A stretch of DNA of 64,000 nt, from the NCBI GenBank assembly GCA_963825525.1, contig CAWGTN010000002.1:1920001-1984000 (forward strand), written 5' to 3'. The stretch is from an uncultured Chloroflexia bacterium (lineage in GTDB: Bacteria > Chloroflexota > Limnocylindria > QHBO01). A program made the translations under genes and the position numbers. Position 1 is the stretch's first letter, and every line of letters begins with the position of its first letter. Under the pieces are notes generated by a model that did no database searches, had not been told where the DNA came from, and saw only the letters and a program-made list of their open reading frames with translations. Below, one piece after another: positions 1 through 9,168 of this stretch.

Positions 1-58
1 CGCAGGCGGTCAGCGTCGCCACCACGAGAATGGCGAGCAGATGGGTGGGTCGGTTCAT
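1..58 (-). CDS. N-terminus of a lipoprotein, truncated by the window edge
   Basis: Minus strand reads MNRPTHLLAILVVATLTAC (signal peptide ending in an LTAC lipobox); TAGGCT -10-like box 7 nt upstream of the ATG. Confidence 0.6.
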   Translation of the reverse strand, partial: MNRPTHLLAILVVATLTAC

Positions 59-128
59 GTTCGTGAGCCTAGGGATCCCGTGTGACGGTCGTGTGACACC
101 GGCCCATGGTCGCACGAGCCGTCGCCGG

Positions 129-983
129 TCAGGTCGGGTCCTGGCTTCGAACCGATGCGTGCCACGGGATGAGCGCCCGCTCGAGCGCGACGATCAGCAG
201 GTAGAACGTGATCCCGGTCACCGCTGCCAGGAAGATGGCGGCCCATGTCACGTCGAATCGCAGGGCGGACGCGGACTGAACCACCACTCTGCCGATCACG
301 GTCGATGATCCACCGAAGTACTCGCCGACGATCGCTCCGATGAGGCTCAGGGTGGTGGCCACCTTGAGCGCGGTCAGGAAGAAGGGAAGCGCGTTCGGCA
401 GTCGGAGCTTGCGAAGAATCGTCCACTCCGATGCCGCGTACGAGCGCATGAGCTCCAACGCGGAAGGCTCGACCGAGGTCAGCCCGCGGGTCACGTTGAT
501 CATCACCGGGAAGAACACGAGCAGCGCCGCGATCATCATCTTCGAGACGGGGTTCGTGACGCCGAACCAGGCGTTGAAGATCGGCGCGATGGCGATGATC
601 GGGATGGCGTTCGCCGCCACCGCGAAGGGCAGTACCGCGTCCCGCGCGTTCGCCCAGCGGGCCACGCCGAACGCGATGATGATGCCGACCACGGTGCCGA
701 TAACCAGCCCGCCGACAGCCTCGAACAGCGTGGCCATCGCGGAGTCGAACAGCGGCCATCGCCCGGCGCCCCAGTTCTCGACCAGCGCCGCGCCGATGGC
801 CGAGGGTGCCGGCAGGATGAATGCGCGTACGTCCAGGAGCTGGATGACGAGCTCCCAGATCCCGAGGGCGGCAACGCCGACGATCACGGCCGGCAGGTTG
901 TGTCCGAAGGCGGCTCCGATGCGACCGGCGCGCGAGGGTCGCGGCGGCACCGGGACGCCGACCGATGGGGCAGCGGCGGTCAC
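129..983 (-). CDS. ABC transporter permease, NitT/TauT family
   Basis: Hydrophobic; ILPAPSAI, IPIIAIAP, ELMRSYAAS..ILRKLRLPNALP (EAA loop), GAIVGEY; GTG start overlaps the upstream stop (GTGA). Confidence 0.9.
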   Translation of the reverse strand: MTAAAPSVGVPVPPRPSRAGRIGAAFGHNLPAVIVGVAALGIWELVIQLLDVRAFILPAPSAIGAALVENWGAGRWPLFDSAMATLFEAVGGLVIGTVVGIIIAFGVARWANARDAVLPFAVAANAIPIIAIAPIFNAWFGVTNPVSKMMIAALLVFFPVMINVTRGLTSVEPSALELMRSYAASEWTILRKLRLPNALPFFLTALKVATTLSLIGAIVGEYFGGSSTVIGRVVVQSASALRFDVTWAAIFLAAVTGITFYLLIVALERALIPWHASVRSQDPT

Positions 984-1810
984 CCGATGCGTCCCTCGGC
1001 CGCGAGGCGTGCCTCGGATGCGCTTGACCCTTCGCCCGCTCGCAGGGCCTCGCGAACCTCGGTCACGACCTGGAAGTAGCGGGGATCCTCGCGCGTCTCG
1101 TCGTTGCGCGGATGCGGCAGGGGCACGTCGACGACACGCGTGATCCGGCCGGGTCGCGCGCTCATGACCACGACCCGCGTCGACAGGAAGACCGCCTCGG
1201 GGATCGAATGGGTCACGAACACGACCGTCGTCCCGGTCTGCTCCCAGATGCGGAGCACCTCGGAGTTCATCCGCTCCCTGGTCATCTCGTCGAGGGCGCC
1301 GAACGGCTCGTCCATGAGCAGAATCGCCGGCTGGAGCGCCAGTGCGCGCGCGATGGCCACGCGCTGCTGCATGCCGCCCGACAGCTGGTACGGGTGGTGC
1401 TTCGCGAAGTCGCTCAGCTCCACCAGTGCAAGCATCTCCCGCGCCCGCTCGTCGCGCTGGGTCCGGTTCATGTCCAGGATTTCGAGCGGCAGCTTCACGT
1501 TCTCCTCGACGCTGCGCCACTCGAACAGCACCGGCGCCTGAAACACCATTCCGTATTCCCGGCCCATGCGCGCCGCGTGCGACGGCTTGCCATTGACCTC
1601 CACGCTGCCGGCGGTCGGGGCGGTCAGGTCACCGATCAGCCGCAGCAGCGTGCTCTTGCCGCAACCCGATGGGCCGATGAGGCTCACGAACTCGCCGCGT
1701 TCGATGCTCAGGTCGATCCCGGACAGAGCGGTGGTCACCACCTGGTCGCCGGCGTTGAACTGCTTGTCGAGGCCCGTGATCCGGACGACGGGGGCCTGGG
1801 CGTCGGTCAT
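980..1810 (-). CDS. ABC transporter ATP-binding protein, NitT/TauT family
   Basis: Walker A GPSGCGKST, signature LSGGMQQR, Walker B LLMDEPFGALD, VTHS. Confidence 0.95.
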   Translation of the reverse strand: MTDAQAPVVRITGLDKQFNAGDQVVTTALSGIDLSIERGEFVSLIGPSGCGKSTLLRLIGDLTAPTAGSVEVNGKPSHAARMGREYGMVFQAPVLFEWRSVEENVKLPLEILDMNRTQRDERAREMLALVELSDFAKHHPYQLSGGMQQRVAIARALALQPAILLMDEPFGALDEMTRERMNSEVLRIWEQTGTTVVFVTHSIPEAVFLSTRVVVMSARPGRITRVVDVPLPHPRNDETREDPRYFQVVTEVREALRAGEGSSASEARLAAEGRIG

Positions 1811-1820
1811 CGCTCGCTCC

Positions 1821-2693
1821 TCACGCGGCGTCCGGCACGGAACCGCGACCGCGCAGCGCGACCAGCTCCGCGACGCGGATGAGCCCGAAGAACACGATCC
1901 CGAGCAGTGCACAGGCGATGATCGTGGCCCACAGCTTCTCCGGCCCGCTGATGTACTGGTTGTTGAAGTTGATGATGGCCCGGCCCAGGCCGTCGCGGAT
2001 CTGGCCGGGTCCCTCGCCGACGATGGCGCCGACGATGCTGGCGGTCGCGCTGATCTTGAGTGCGGTGAACAGGTACGGGAGTGACGCCGGCATGCGCAGC
2101 TTCCAGAAGATGCTGCGCCGGCTGGCCGCGTACGAGCGCATGAGCTCCAACGCACGTGGATCGGGCGAGCGCAGCCCGCGAATCATGGCGATCGTGACCG
2201 GGAAGAAAGTGAGGTAGGTGGCGATGATCACCACGCTCAGCACGTCGGGCCCGAAGGCGAACACGATCATGGGCGCCAGTGCCACGATCGGGATCGTCTG
2301 GCTGGCGATCACGTACGGCACGAATGCCCTCTCGAGCAGTGTCGAGTGCACGAAGGCCGCCGCCAGGCCGATGCCGATGATGGCGCCCACCACGAAGCCG
2401 ATGGCGGCCTCGCGCCAGGTGTAGGCGGCCGCACCGACCAGGAACTGGGCCAGCGAGGCATCCGACCCGCGCTGTACCGGCGCGGCGAGCGCGCCGAAGA
2501 TGTCCCACACGTGGGGGAGCAGCAGGTCGGAGGCGAACCAGATCTCGAGGGGCGGTTCCCAGACCCAGGTCTCGGTGCGCCACGGATCGCCCCCGACGAA
2601 CTTCACGCCCTCCCAGGCGACGAGGATGAACGCCGCGAACGCGACGAAGATCGCGACCCGCCGGACCCAGCCGCGTTCAGGCGACTGCGGCAT
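1821..2693 (-). CDS. ABC transporter permease, NitT/TauT family
   Basis: SQTIPIVALAP, ELMRSYAAS..IFWKLRMPASLP, GAIVGEG; paralogue of 129-983. Confidence 0.9.
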   Translation of the reverse strand: MPQSPERGWVRRVAIFVAFAAFILVAWEGVKFVGGDPWRTETWVWEPPLEIWFASDLLLPHVWDIFGALAAPVQRGSDASLAQFLVGAAAYTWREAAIGFVVGAIIGIGLAAAFVHSTLLERAFVPYVIASQTIPIVALAPMIVFAFGPDVLSVVIIATYLTFFPVTIAMIRGLRSPDPRALELMRSYAASRRSIFWKLRMPASLPYLFTALKISATASIVGAIVGEGPGQIRDGLGRAIINFNNQYISGPEKLWATIIACALLGIVFFGLIRVAELVALRGRGSVPDAA

Positions 2694-4012
2694 CGGTGAT
2701 CTCGAGCGCGCGATCGATGATCGCGAACCCTTCGGCCAGCTCCTCCTCGCTGATGGTCAGCGGCGGGTTCGTGAAGAACGAGTTCCAGCGCACGAAGGTG
2801 TAAAGCCCGTCTTCGCGGAAGCGCTTCCCCAGCGCCGCCATCTCGTCGCTGGTGCCGTTGAACGGGGCCAGCGGCTCCATGGTCTCGCGGTTGCGAACGA
2901 GCTCGACGATCCCGAACAGGCCGATGCTACGGGTGGCACCCACGCTCGGATGCCTGGCCGCCAAGCTCGGCGTGGTGCTGCTTGAGAGTCTCGCCCATCT
3001 GGGCGGCCCGCTCGATGAGGTTCTCGTTCTCATACACCTCGATCGTTGCGAGCGCGGTGGCGCAGGCCAGCGGATGCGAGTTGTACGTCAGGCCGCCGTA
3101 GAAGACGTTGGAGTCGAAGTGCTCGGCGTACTTGCGCCGCATGCCGAGTGCGCCGAGCTGCACGTAGGCGCTGGTGAGTCCCTTGGCCATGGTGATGAGG
3201 TCGGGAACCACGTCCCAGTGGTCGATGGCGAACCACTTGCCGGTGCGGCCGAAGCCGGCCATCACCTCGTCGGCGATCATGAGGATGCCGTAGCGGTCGC
3301 AGATCTCGCGGACGCCCTGGATGTAGCCGTCCGGCGGCACGAGGATGCCGTTCGTGCCGGTCACCGTCTCGAGGATGAACGCGGCGATCGTGTTCGGCCC
3401 CTCGAGCTGGATCGTCTCCTCCAGGAGGGCCAGCGCCTCGTCCGCCGTGTCCCAGCCGCGCTGGATGCCGTGGTACGGATCCATCACGCGGACCACGCCG
3501 GGGATGCCCGGCTCATTGGCCCATCGGCGCGGATCACCGGTCAGGGTCATGGCGCCGGCGGTGCCGCCGTGGTAGCTGCGGTAGCGGGCCAGGATCTTGT
3601 GCCGGCCGGTCACGAGTCGCGCGAGCTTGACGGCGTTCTCGTTTGCCTCGGCGCCCCCGTTGGTGAAGAAGAAGGTGTCGATGTCGCCCGGGGTCAGCTC
3701 CGCCAGCTTCTTCCCCAGCCGCGCCCGCGGCTCCGTGGCCATGAATGGGTTCGCGTAGGCCAGCGTCTCCGCCTGGCGCTTGATCGCCTCGACGACGTGC
3801 GGATGGCCGTGGCCGATGTTCGTGCACATCAGCTGGCTGTTGAAATCCAGGAAACGCTTGCCCTCGGGCGTCCAGAAGTACACGCCCTTGGCGCCGGCCA
3901 CCGGAATCGGGTCCACCTTGCTCTGGGCGGACCACTCGAACAGCGTGTGGCGCTTTGTGAGCTCGACCATCTCGGCCCCGCTCATCGTCCCCCGATCGGT
4001 CTCGATCGCCAT
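2677..4012 (-). CDS. Class-III PLP aminotransferase (beta-alanine/taurine:pyruvate-like), frameshifted near 2960
   Basis: LDFNSQLMCTNIGH, FTNGGAEANE, SYHG, IADEVMAGFGRTG, TMAKG; C-terminus (HPSVGATRSIGLFG..NPPL) continues in another frame. Confidence 0.88.
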
Positions 4013-4191
4013 GCGAAAACCCCTTGCAGGTGTTGCGTTCGTGCAGAAGGACCGATTAGACCACAGGGCGCAATGCGCTTCGCGCATCGGGGCCGTGCGG
4101 TCCGCCGGGGTCGGGCCATCTGGCCCTAGGGCCTCCATCGGCCAGCGAGGATTCTAGGAGTACCTTGGACGTACATAGGAGGAGGATCCGC

Positions 4192-4665
4192 ATGGATCCC
4201 ACGCGAAACCGACGGTGGCAGCTGCTCGCCGCGGTATTCGGCATGACGCTGATGATCGGCGCCTGCACGGCATCGGACGCGTCGCCCGACGCCAACGGCG
4301 AAGGCACGCAGATCGACGTCACCCTGCAGGAGTGGGCCGTCGTCATCGCACAGGACAGTGCCCCTGCGGGCGACGTCACATTCAACATCACGAATGACGG
4401 CCCCGCCGACGTTCACGAATTCGTGATCTTCAAGACCGACCTTGCTCCTGGAGATCTGCCCGTTGACGATCGAGGTGTCGTGGAGGAGGGCGGTGGCAGC
4501 ATCGAGGTCATCGACGAGGTAGAGGACATCGAGGTCGGTTCGAGCGCGGACCTCTCGGTCAACCTCGAATCGGGGAGCTATGTCCTGGTCTGCAACATCT
4601 ACGATGACGGTGAGGCTGAGGCGCACTACGCCTTGGGCATGCGGGTCGCGTTCACCGTTCCGTAG
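4192..4665 (+). CDS. Cupredoxin-fold (blue copper) lipoprotein
   Basis: Lipobox IGAC; type-1 Cu ligand pattern HEFV...LVCNI..HYALGM; AGGAGG RBS. Confidence 0.75.
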   Translation: MDPTRNRRWQLLAAVFGMTLMIGACTASDASPDANGEGTQIDVTLQEWAVVIAQDSAPAGDVTFNITNDGPADVHEFVIFKTDLAPGDLPVDDRGVVEEGGGSIEVIDEVEDIEVGSSADLSVNLESGSYVLVCNIYDDGEAEAHYALGMRVAFTVP

Positions 4666-4715
4666 GAGAGCCAGAGGGAGGACGCCGTCTGCGGGCGGCG
4701 CCCGTCACGACGTCC

Positions 4716-6114
4716 TCAGCCTCGGGCGCAGCGCAGGATCGCCTCGACGGACACATCGGCATCGGCCTCGGTTGTCGACCAGCTGCTTACGCTGATCCGC
4801 ATCGCCGCCATGCCGTGCCAGCTTGTCCCGGACAGCCAGAGGGTTCCGTCCTCCTGGACGCGGCGGATCACTTCGCGCGTGAACGCGTCGGCGTCGCCGC
4901 CGTCGGCCGGGGTGAAGCGCACGAGCACCTGGTTCAGGACCACGTCATTGAGGATTTCGACGCCGTCCGCCTCTGCGAGCCCGGCGGCCATGCGGCGGGC
5001 GATCGCGCAGGTGCGTTCGATCATGTCTCGCACGCCGCGACGGCCGAGCGTGCGGAGGGCCGCATACATCGTGAACCCGCGGGCGCGGCGCGAGAACTCG
5101 GGCACCCACGAAACCTCGTCGCGCTCCTGCTCGGGCCCGTACTCGAGGTAGGCGGCGTGGGGCGGTGCCATGGCGCGCACGTGGACCGCCGCATCGGCCA
5201 CGAATGCGAGCCCCGAGTCGTAGGGCACGTTCAACCACTTGTGAGCGTCGGTCGCCCAGGAGTCCGCCTCGCCGATGCCGTCAACCAGGCTCACCAGCTC
5301 GGGTGACACGGCCGCCCACAGCCCGAACGCTCCGTCGACGTGCACCCAGGCGCCCTCGCGCCGCCGCACGATTTCGATGGCACTGCGGATCGGATCGAAC
5401 GAGCCGGTGTTCACGTTGCCGGCCTGGAGGCACACGATGAGCGGTGCATCGGCCGGGATGGCGTCGAGGGTCTCGGCCAGTCGGGCGAGCTCGATCCGGC
5501 CCTCACCGTCGGTCGGCACGACGTGGACCCGGTCGCGGCCCAGGCCGAGGTACTGCAGCGCGGTGTGGAGCGTGCTGTGCGCCTCTGCTCCGACCACGAC
5601 CTGGATCTCGCGGCGCGCCGAACAAGCCCTGGGTCGTCGGATCCCAGCCCACGCGCTCGAGGACCGACTGGCGCGCGGCGGCGAGGCAGGTGAAGTGCGC
5701 CATCTGGCAGCCTGTCACGAGCCCGAAGCCGCTCGACTCCGGCAGGCCGAACAGGTCGATGAGCCACGCCCCGACCGCCTCCTCGACCACCGAGGCCGCC
5801 GGCCCGGCCACGTACAGCCCGGCGTTCTGGTCCCAGGTCGAGGTCAGCCAGTCCGCGGCCACCGCCGCCGGAAGCGAGCCCCCGATGACGAAGCCGAAGT
5901 AGCGCGGCCCGGCCATGGCGACCGCCGCCCTTCCGCCGACATCGGCAAGGTGCTCGATCACCGCCGATGGATCCTCTCCCATCTCCGGGAGCTCGACGAC
6001 GAGCTGCTCGCGCAGCTCGGCCACGTGCTGGCGTGGCATGACCCGTCGTTCGGGAAGCGAGTCGAGGAAGTCGATGGCGAGTTCGGCGGTCCGCCGAAGC
6101 AGCTCTGCACTCAT
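4716..6114 (-). CDS. Group II PLP-dependent decarboxylase, frameshifted near 5615
   Basis: PRYFGFVIGG, WDQNAG, VTGCQMAHFTCL, then in a second frame EAHST, WVHVDGAFG, DSWATDAHKWLNVPYD. Confidence 0.88.
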
Positions 6115-6123
6115 GCGCGGATC

Positions 6124-6909
6124 CTACAGCCCCGCGATGAGCCCCCCGTCGACGGCCACGAACTGCCCGGTGATGTACGACGCGCGATCCGAGGCGAGGA
6201 AGGCGACGAGAGCACCGAGCTCATTCGGCTCGCCGTAGCGCCGCGATGGAATGGTCGCGATGTGGGCGGCTCGCACCGCCTCCTCGGTCGCCCCCTCGCG
6301 TTCCGCTCGGCCCGCGTCGAGCTGGTGGACGCGGGGCGTGGCGATCCGGCCCGGCATCACGCCGTTGATGGTGACCGACTCTGCGGCCACGGCGCGGGAC
6401 GTCGTCTTGAGCCATGCGGCCAGGGCGGATCGGCCTGCATTGGAGTAGACGAGCTCGGGGATCGGCTGACGGATGCCGCTCGACAGGATGGCCACGATCC
6501 GTCCCCACCTACGCTCCCGCATGCCGGGCAGGAGGCGCGTCGCCAGGTCGATCGGCGTGCCGGCCAGCAGCTGGAATGAGCGCTGCCAGCCCGCGGCGTC
6601 GGTTGCCGTCGGGTCGATCGTCGGCGGTCCGCCGGCGTTGGAGACGAGGATGTCGATCGGCCGGAATGCGGCGGCTGCCTCGGCGATCGTGCGAGCGGCG
6701 GCCGGGTCGTAGGCATCGGCCGCGGCGGTCGCGACCTGCACCCCGTGGGTGGACCGCAGCCCTTCGGCGGTCTCGGCCAGCGCATCCGCGTCGCGCGACC
6801 AGATGAGGAGGTCGCAGCCTTCTGCAGCCAGCGCCTCGGCCGACGCACGTCCCAGCCCCGACGTCGCCCCGCCGACGACGGCCGCGCGTCCCGCAATTCC
6901 GAGGTCCAT
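6124..6909 (-). CDS. SDR family oxidoreductase
   Basis: GGATSGLG, NAGGP, YSNAGR, PGRIATPR. Confidence 0.9.
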   Translation of the reverse strand: MDLGIAGRAAVVGGATSGLGRASAEALAAEGCDLLIWSRDADALAETAEGLRSTHGVQVATAAADAYDPAAARTIAEAAAAFRPIDILVSNAGGPPTIDPTATDAAGWQRSFQLLAGTPIDLATRLLPGMRERRWGRIVAILSSGIRQPIPELVYSNAGRSALAAWLKTTSRAVAAESVTINGVMPGRIATPRVHQLDAGRAEREGATEEAVRAAHIATIPSRRYGEPNELGALVAFLASDRASYITGQFVAVDGGLIAGL

Positions 6910-6912
6910 CAG

Positions 6913-7992
6913 TCAGTCGTGCTGCAGCTGCAGGGGTCGGAGCTTGCCGAGCGATTCGGCCACGACGACGGCGTCGTCGCCCTCTGCCAGCCGAAAGTCG
7001 GCCGACGGGTTCGTGAGCGAGTGGCCGTCGCGCGTCACGGCCAGCAGCGTCGCTCGATGCTCGCCGCGCAGCTTCGTCGAAAGCTCGTCGATCGTGAGCC
7101 CGACGTAGTCGGCCGGGAGGGCGACCCGATAGAGCTCCGACCCGTCGCCGCCCGAGACGAGGTCGGTCACCAGGCCCGACAGCCCCGGGTACAGGGCAGA
7201 GCGGGCGAGCAGGCGTGACGCCAGCCGCGAGGTCACGAGAATCTCGTCGGCCTCGGCGCGGCGGAAGTGATCGACATGGGCCGGGTTGTTGGCCTCGACG
7301 ACGGTCCGGACGGTCGGCGCGATCGACTCGATGGCCATCACGGCCAGGATCGAGCGCATGTCCGCCTCGTTGGTCGCATCGGCGGGGAAGACCACCGCCG
7401 AGGAGGCGTCGCGGATTCCGCAGCGCTCGAGATCGTCGGTGTTCGTGATGTCCCCGCGCACGAAGTAGACGCCGTCACCGGCCGGATTGCGGTCGCTGTC
7501 GTGGAGGAGCACGACCCTGGCGGCGAACTCGTCGCCCTTCAGCTCCTCGATGAGGTCGCGGGCGGTGGTGTTCCAGCCGCAGACGACGATGTGGTCGCGG
7601 TATCCCGCGGCGCCCATGCCCTGGCCCTCCTTGAGCAGGAAATCAATGACGAAGCCGACGACCGCCCCGGTCATGGCGGCCACGATGGCGACGCCGAAGA
7701 ACGCTAGCAGCCACCCGATGATGAAGCCTCCCGGTGAGGCCACGTAGCTCGGATCACCCGAGCCGATGACGGTGGTGATGGCCCAGTAGAACGAGCTGCC
7801 GAAGCCGGCCAGCGACTGCTTGTCGTCCTCCAGCAGGGTGACGCCGATGGCGGCCACCGCGACGAACCCGATGATCGCGGTCAGCAGGGAGGCGAAGAAG
7901 TGCCGATCCATCTGGCCGCCGATGCGTTTCGCGTGGAAGCTCATGCGCCGAAGCAGGGGAGCGGCGAACAGCGCCTGGAGCGGTCTCGGCAC
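6913..7992 (-). CDS. 2-TM potassium channel with TrkA/RCK domains
   Basis: SFYWAITTVIGSGD pore helix and variant filter; HIVVCGW Rossmann motif; TrkA-C end; GGGAGG RBS before GTG. Confidence 0.8.
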   Translation of the reverse strand: MPRPLQALFAAPLLRRMSFHAKRIGGQMDRHFFASLLTAIIGFVAVAAIGVTLLEDDKQSLAGFGSSFYWAITTVIGSGDPSYVASPGGFIIGWLLAFFGVAIVAAMTGAVVGFVIDFLLKEGQGMGAAGYRDHIVVCGWNTTARDLIEELKGDEFAARVVLLHDSDRNPAGDGVYFVRGDITNTDDLERCGIRDASSAVVFPADATNEADMRSILAVMAIESIAPTVRTVVEANNPAHVDHFRRAEADEILVTSRLASRLLARSALYPGLSGLVTDLVSGGDGSELYRVALPADYVGLTIDELSTKLRGEHRATLLAVTRDGHSLTNPSADFRLAEGDDAVVVAESLGKLRPLQLQHD

Positions 7993-8337
7993 CCGGGCCT
8001 CCCTACAGCCATTGTCTCGGTCCGAGCGTCGCATCTCGGCGCGCGCATTCTGCCACCGAGCTCCGGCTCCGCGCGCGCATTGACGGTCCTCGACCTGTCG
8101 CCGTCGTCAGGTGCTCGTTCTGGCGACGCTAGCAAAGGAATTCGCCCCAAGAGCGTCCGAAAGGCGCAGAATTACCCAGATTCCAGGGCTCACAATCCCA
8201 TGCCGAGGTGCGTAACGTCGCCACGATGAGCAGATGACGACCCAGCCCCGCCTGAGCCGCGGCCATGCGTGTGCGCGCTGCATCCGTACAGGTTGGTGGA
8301 CCCGGGGGCGCATGATTGGGTCGCACGGAGGAATGAC

Positions 8338-9090
8338 ATGACGGAACGCGCCGATCTCGGCAGGCTACGGCTCTACAACCTGGTGATGGGGGTCCTGCAC
8401 GCTGTGCAGGGGGCTGCCGTCCTGTGGCTGGCGAATGACTTCTCGCTTCCGGTGACTGCCGCTTTCATGGAGGGACCGCCGGGCAGTCCGGCCACGACGA
8501 CCGAGCTGTTCAGCCTCCCGATCGGCCCGGCGGTGGCCGCCTTCCTGTTCCTCTCCGCCATCGCCCACTTCGTCGTCGGCGGGCCGGCCTATGGCTTCTA
8601 CGCCAGGCAGCTGGGCGAGGGCCGCAACTACGCCCGCTGGATCGAGTACTCCATCAGTTCGTCACTCATGATCGTCCTGATTGCGATGATCACCGGCATC
8701 GCCGATGTCGCAGCTCTTGGCGCAATCTTCGGGGTGAACACCTCGATGATCCTCTTCGGCCTGCTGCAGGAGAAGTACGAGCGCCCCGGCCGTCCGAATT
8801 GGCTGCCGTTCATCTTCGGTTCGATTGCCGGGGCCGTGCCGTGGGTCCTCATCGGCATCTACCTGTGGAGTCCGACGACCGCTGCGGAGCCGCCCGCGTT
8901 CGTCTACGCGATCTTCGTCTCGCTCTTCCTGTTCTTCAACTCGTTCGCCCTGAACATGATCCTCCAGTACCGACAGGTCGGGCCGTGGCGGGACTACCTG
9001 TTCGGCGAGCGTGCGTACGTGCTGCTCAGCCTCACGGCGAAGTCGGCGCTGGCCTGGCAGGTGTTCGCGGGAACGCTCGTCCCGGCCTGA
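8338..9090 (+). CDS. heR: Heliorhodopsin
   Basis: LHAVQ, AHF, NYARWIEYSISSSLM (counterion Glu), FNSFALNM, GERAYVLLSLTAKSALAW (Schiff-base Lys); GGAGG RBS. Confidence 0.95.
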   Translation: MTERADLGRLRLYNLVMGVLHAVQGAAVLWLANDFSLPVTAAFMEGPPGSPATTTELFSLPIGPAVAAFLFLSAIAHFVVGGPAYGFYARQLGEGRNYARWIEYSISSSLMIVLIAMITGIADVAALGAIFGVNTSMILFGLLQEKYERPGRPNWLPFIFGSIAGAVPWVLIGIYLWSPTTAAEPPAFVYAIFVSLFLFFNSFALNMILQYRQVGPWRDYLFGERAYVLLSLTAKSALAWQVFAGTLVPA

Positions 9091-9168
9091 CCGCCGAGGC
9101 ACGACGAACCACTTGTCACCGGCCGGCGCCTCCGGCATGATGCCGCGGCTCTCATCCGTCGTGCCCAC

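Noticed and set aside
7993-8337. Riboswitch (c-di-AMP or c-di-GMP) between the channel and heliorhodopsin
   Set aside because: Only a short GAAA-loop hairpin near 8153-8167; I could not match the consensus elements on either strand. An Rfam scan would settle it.
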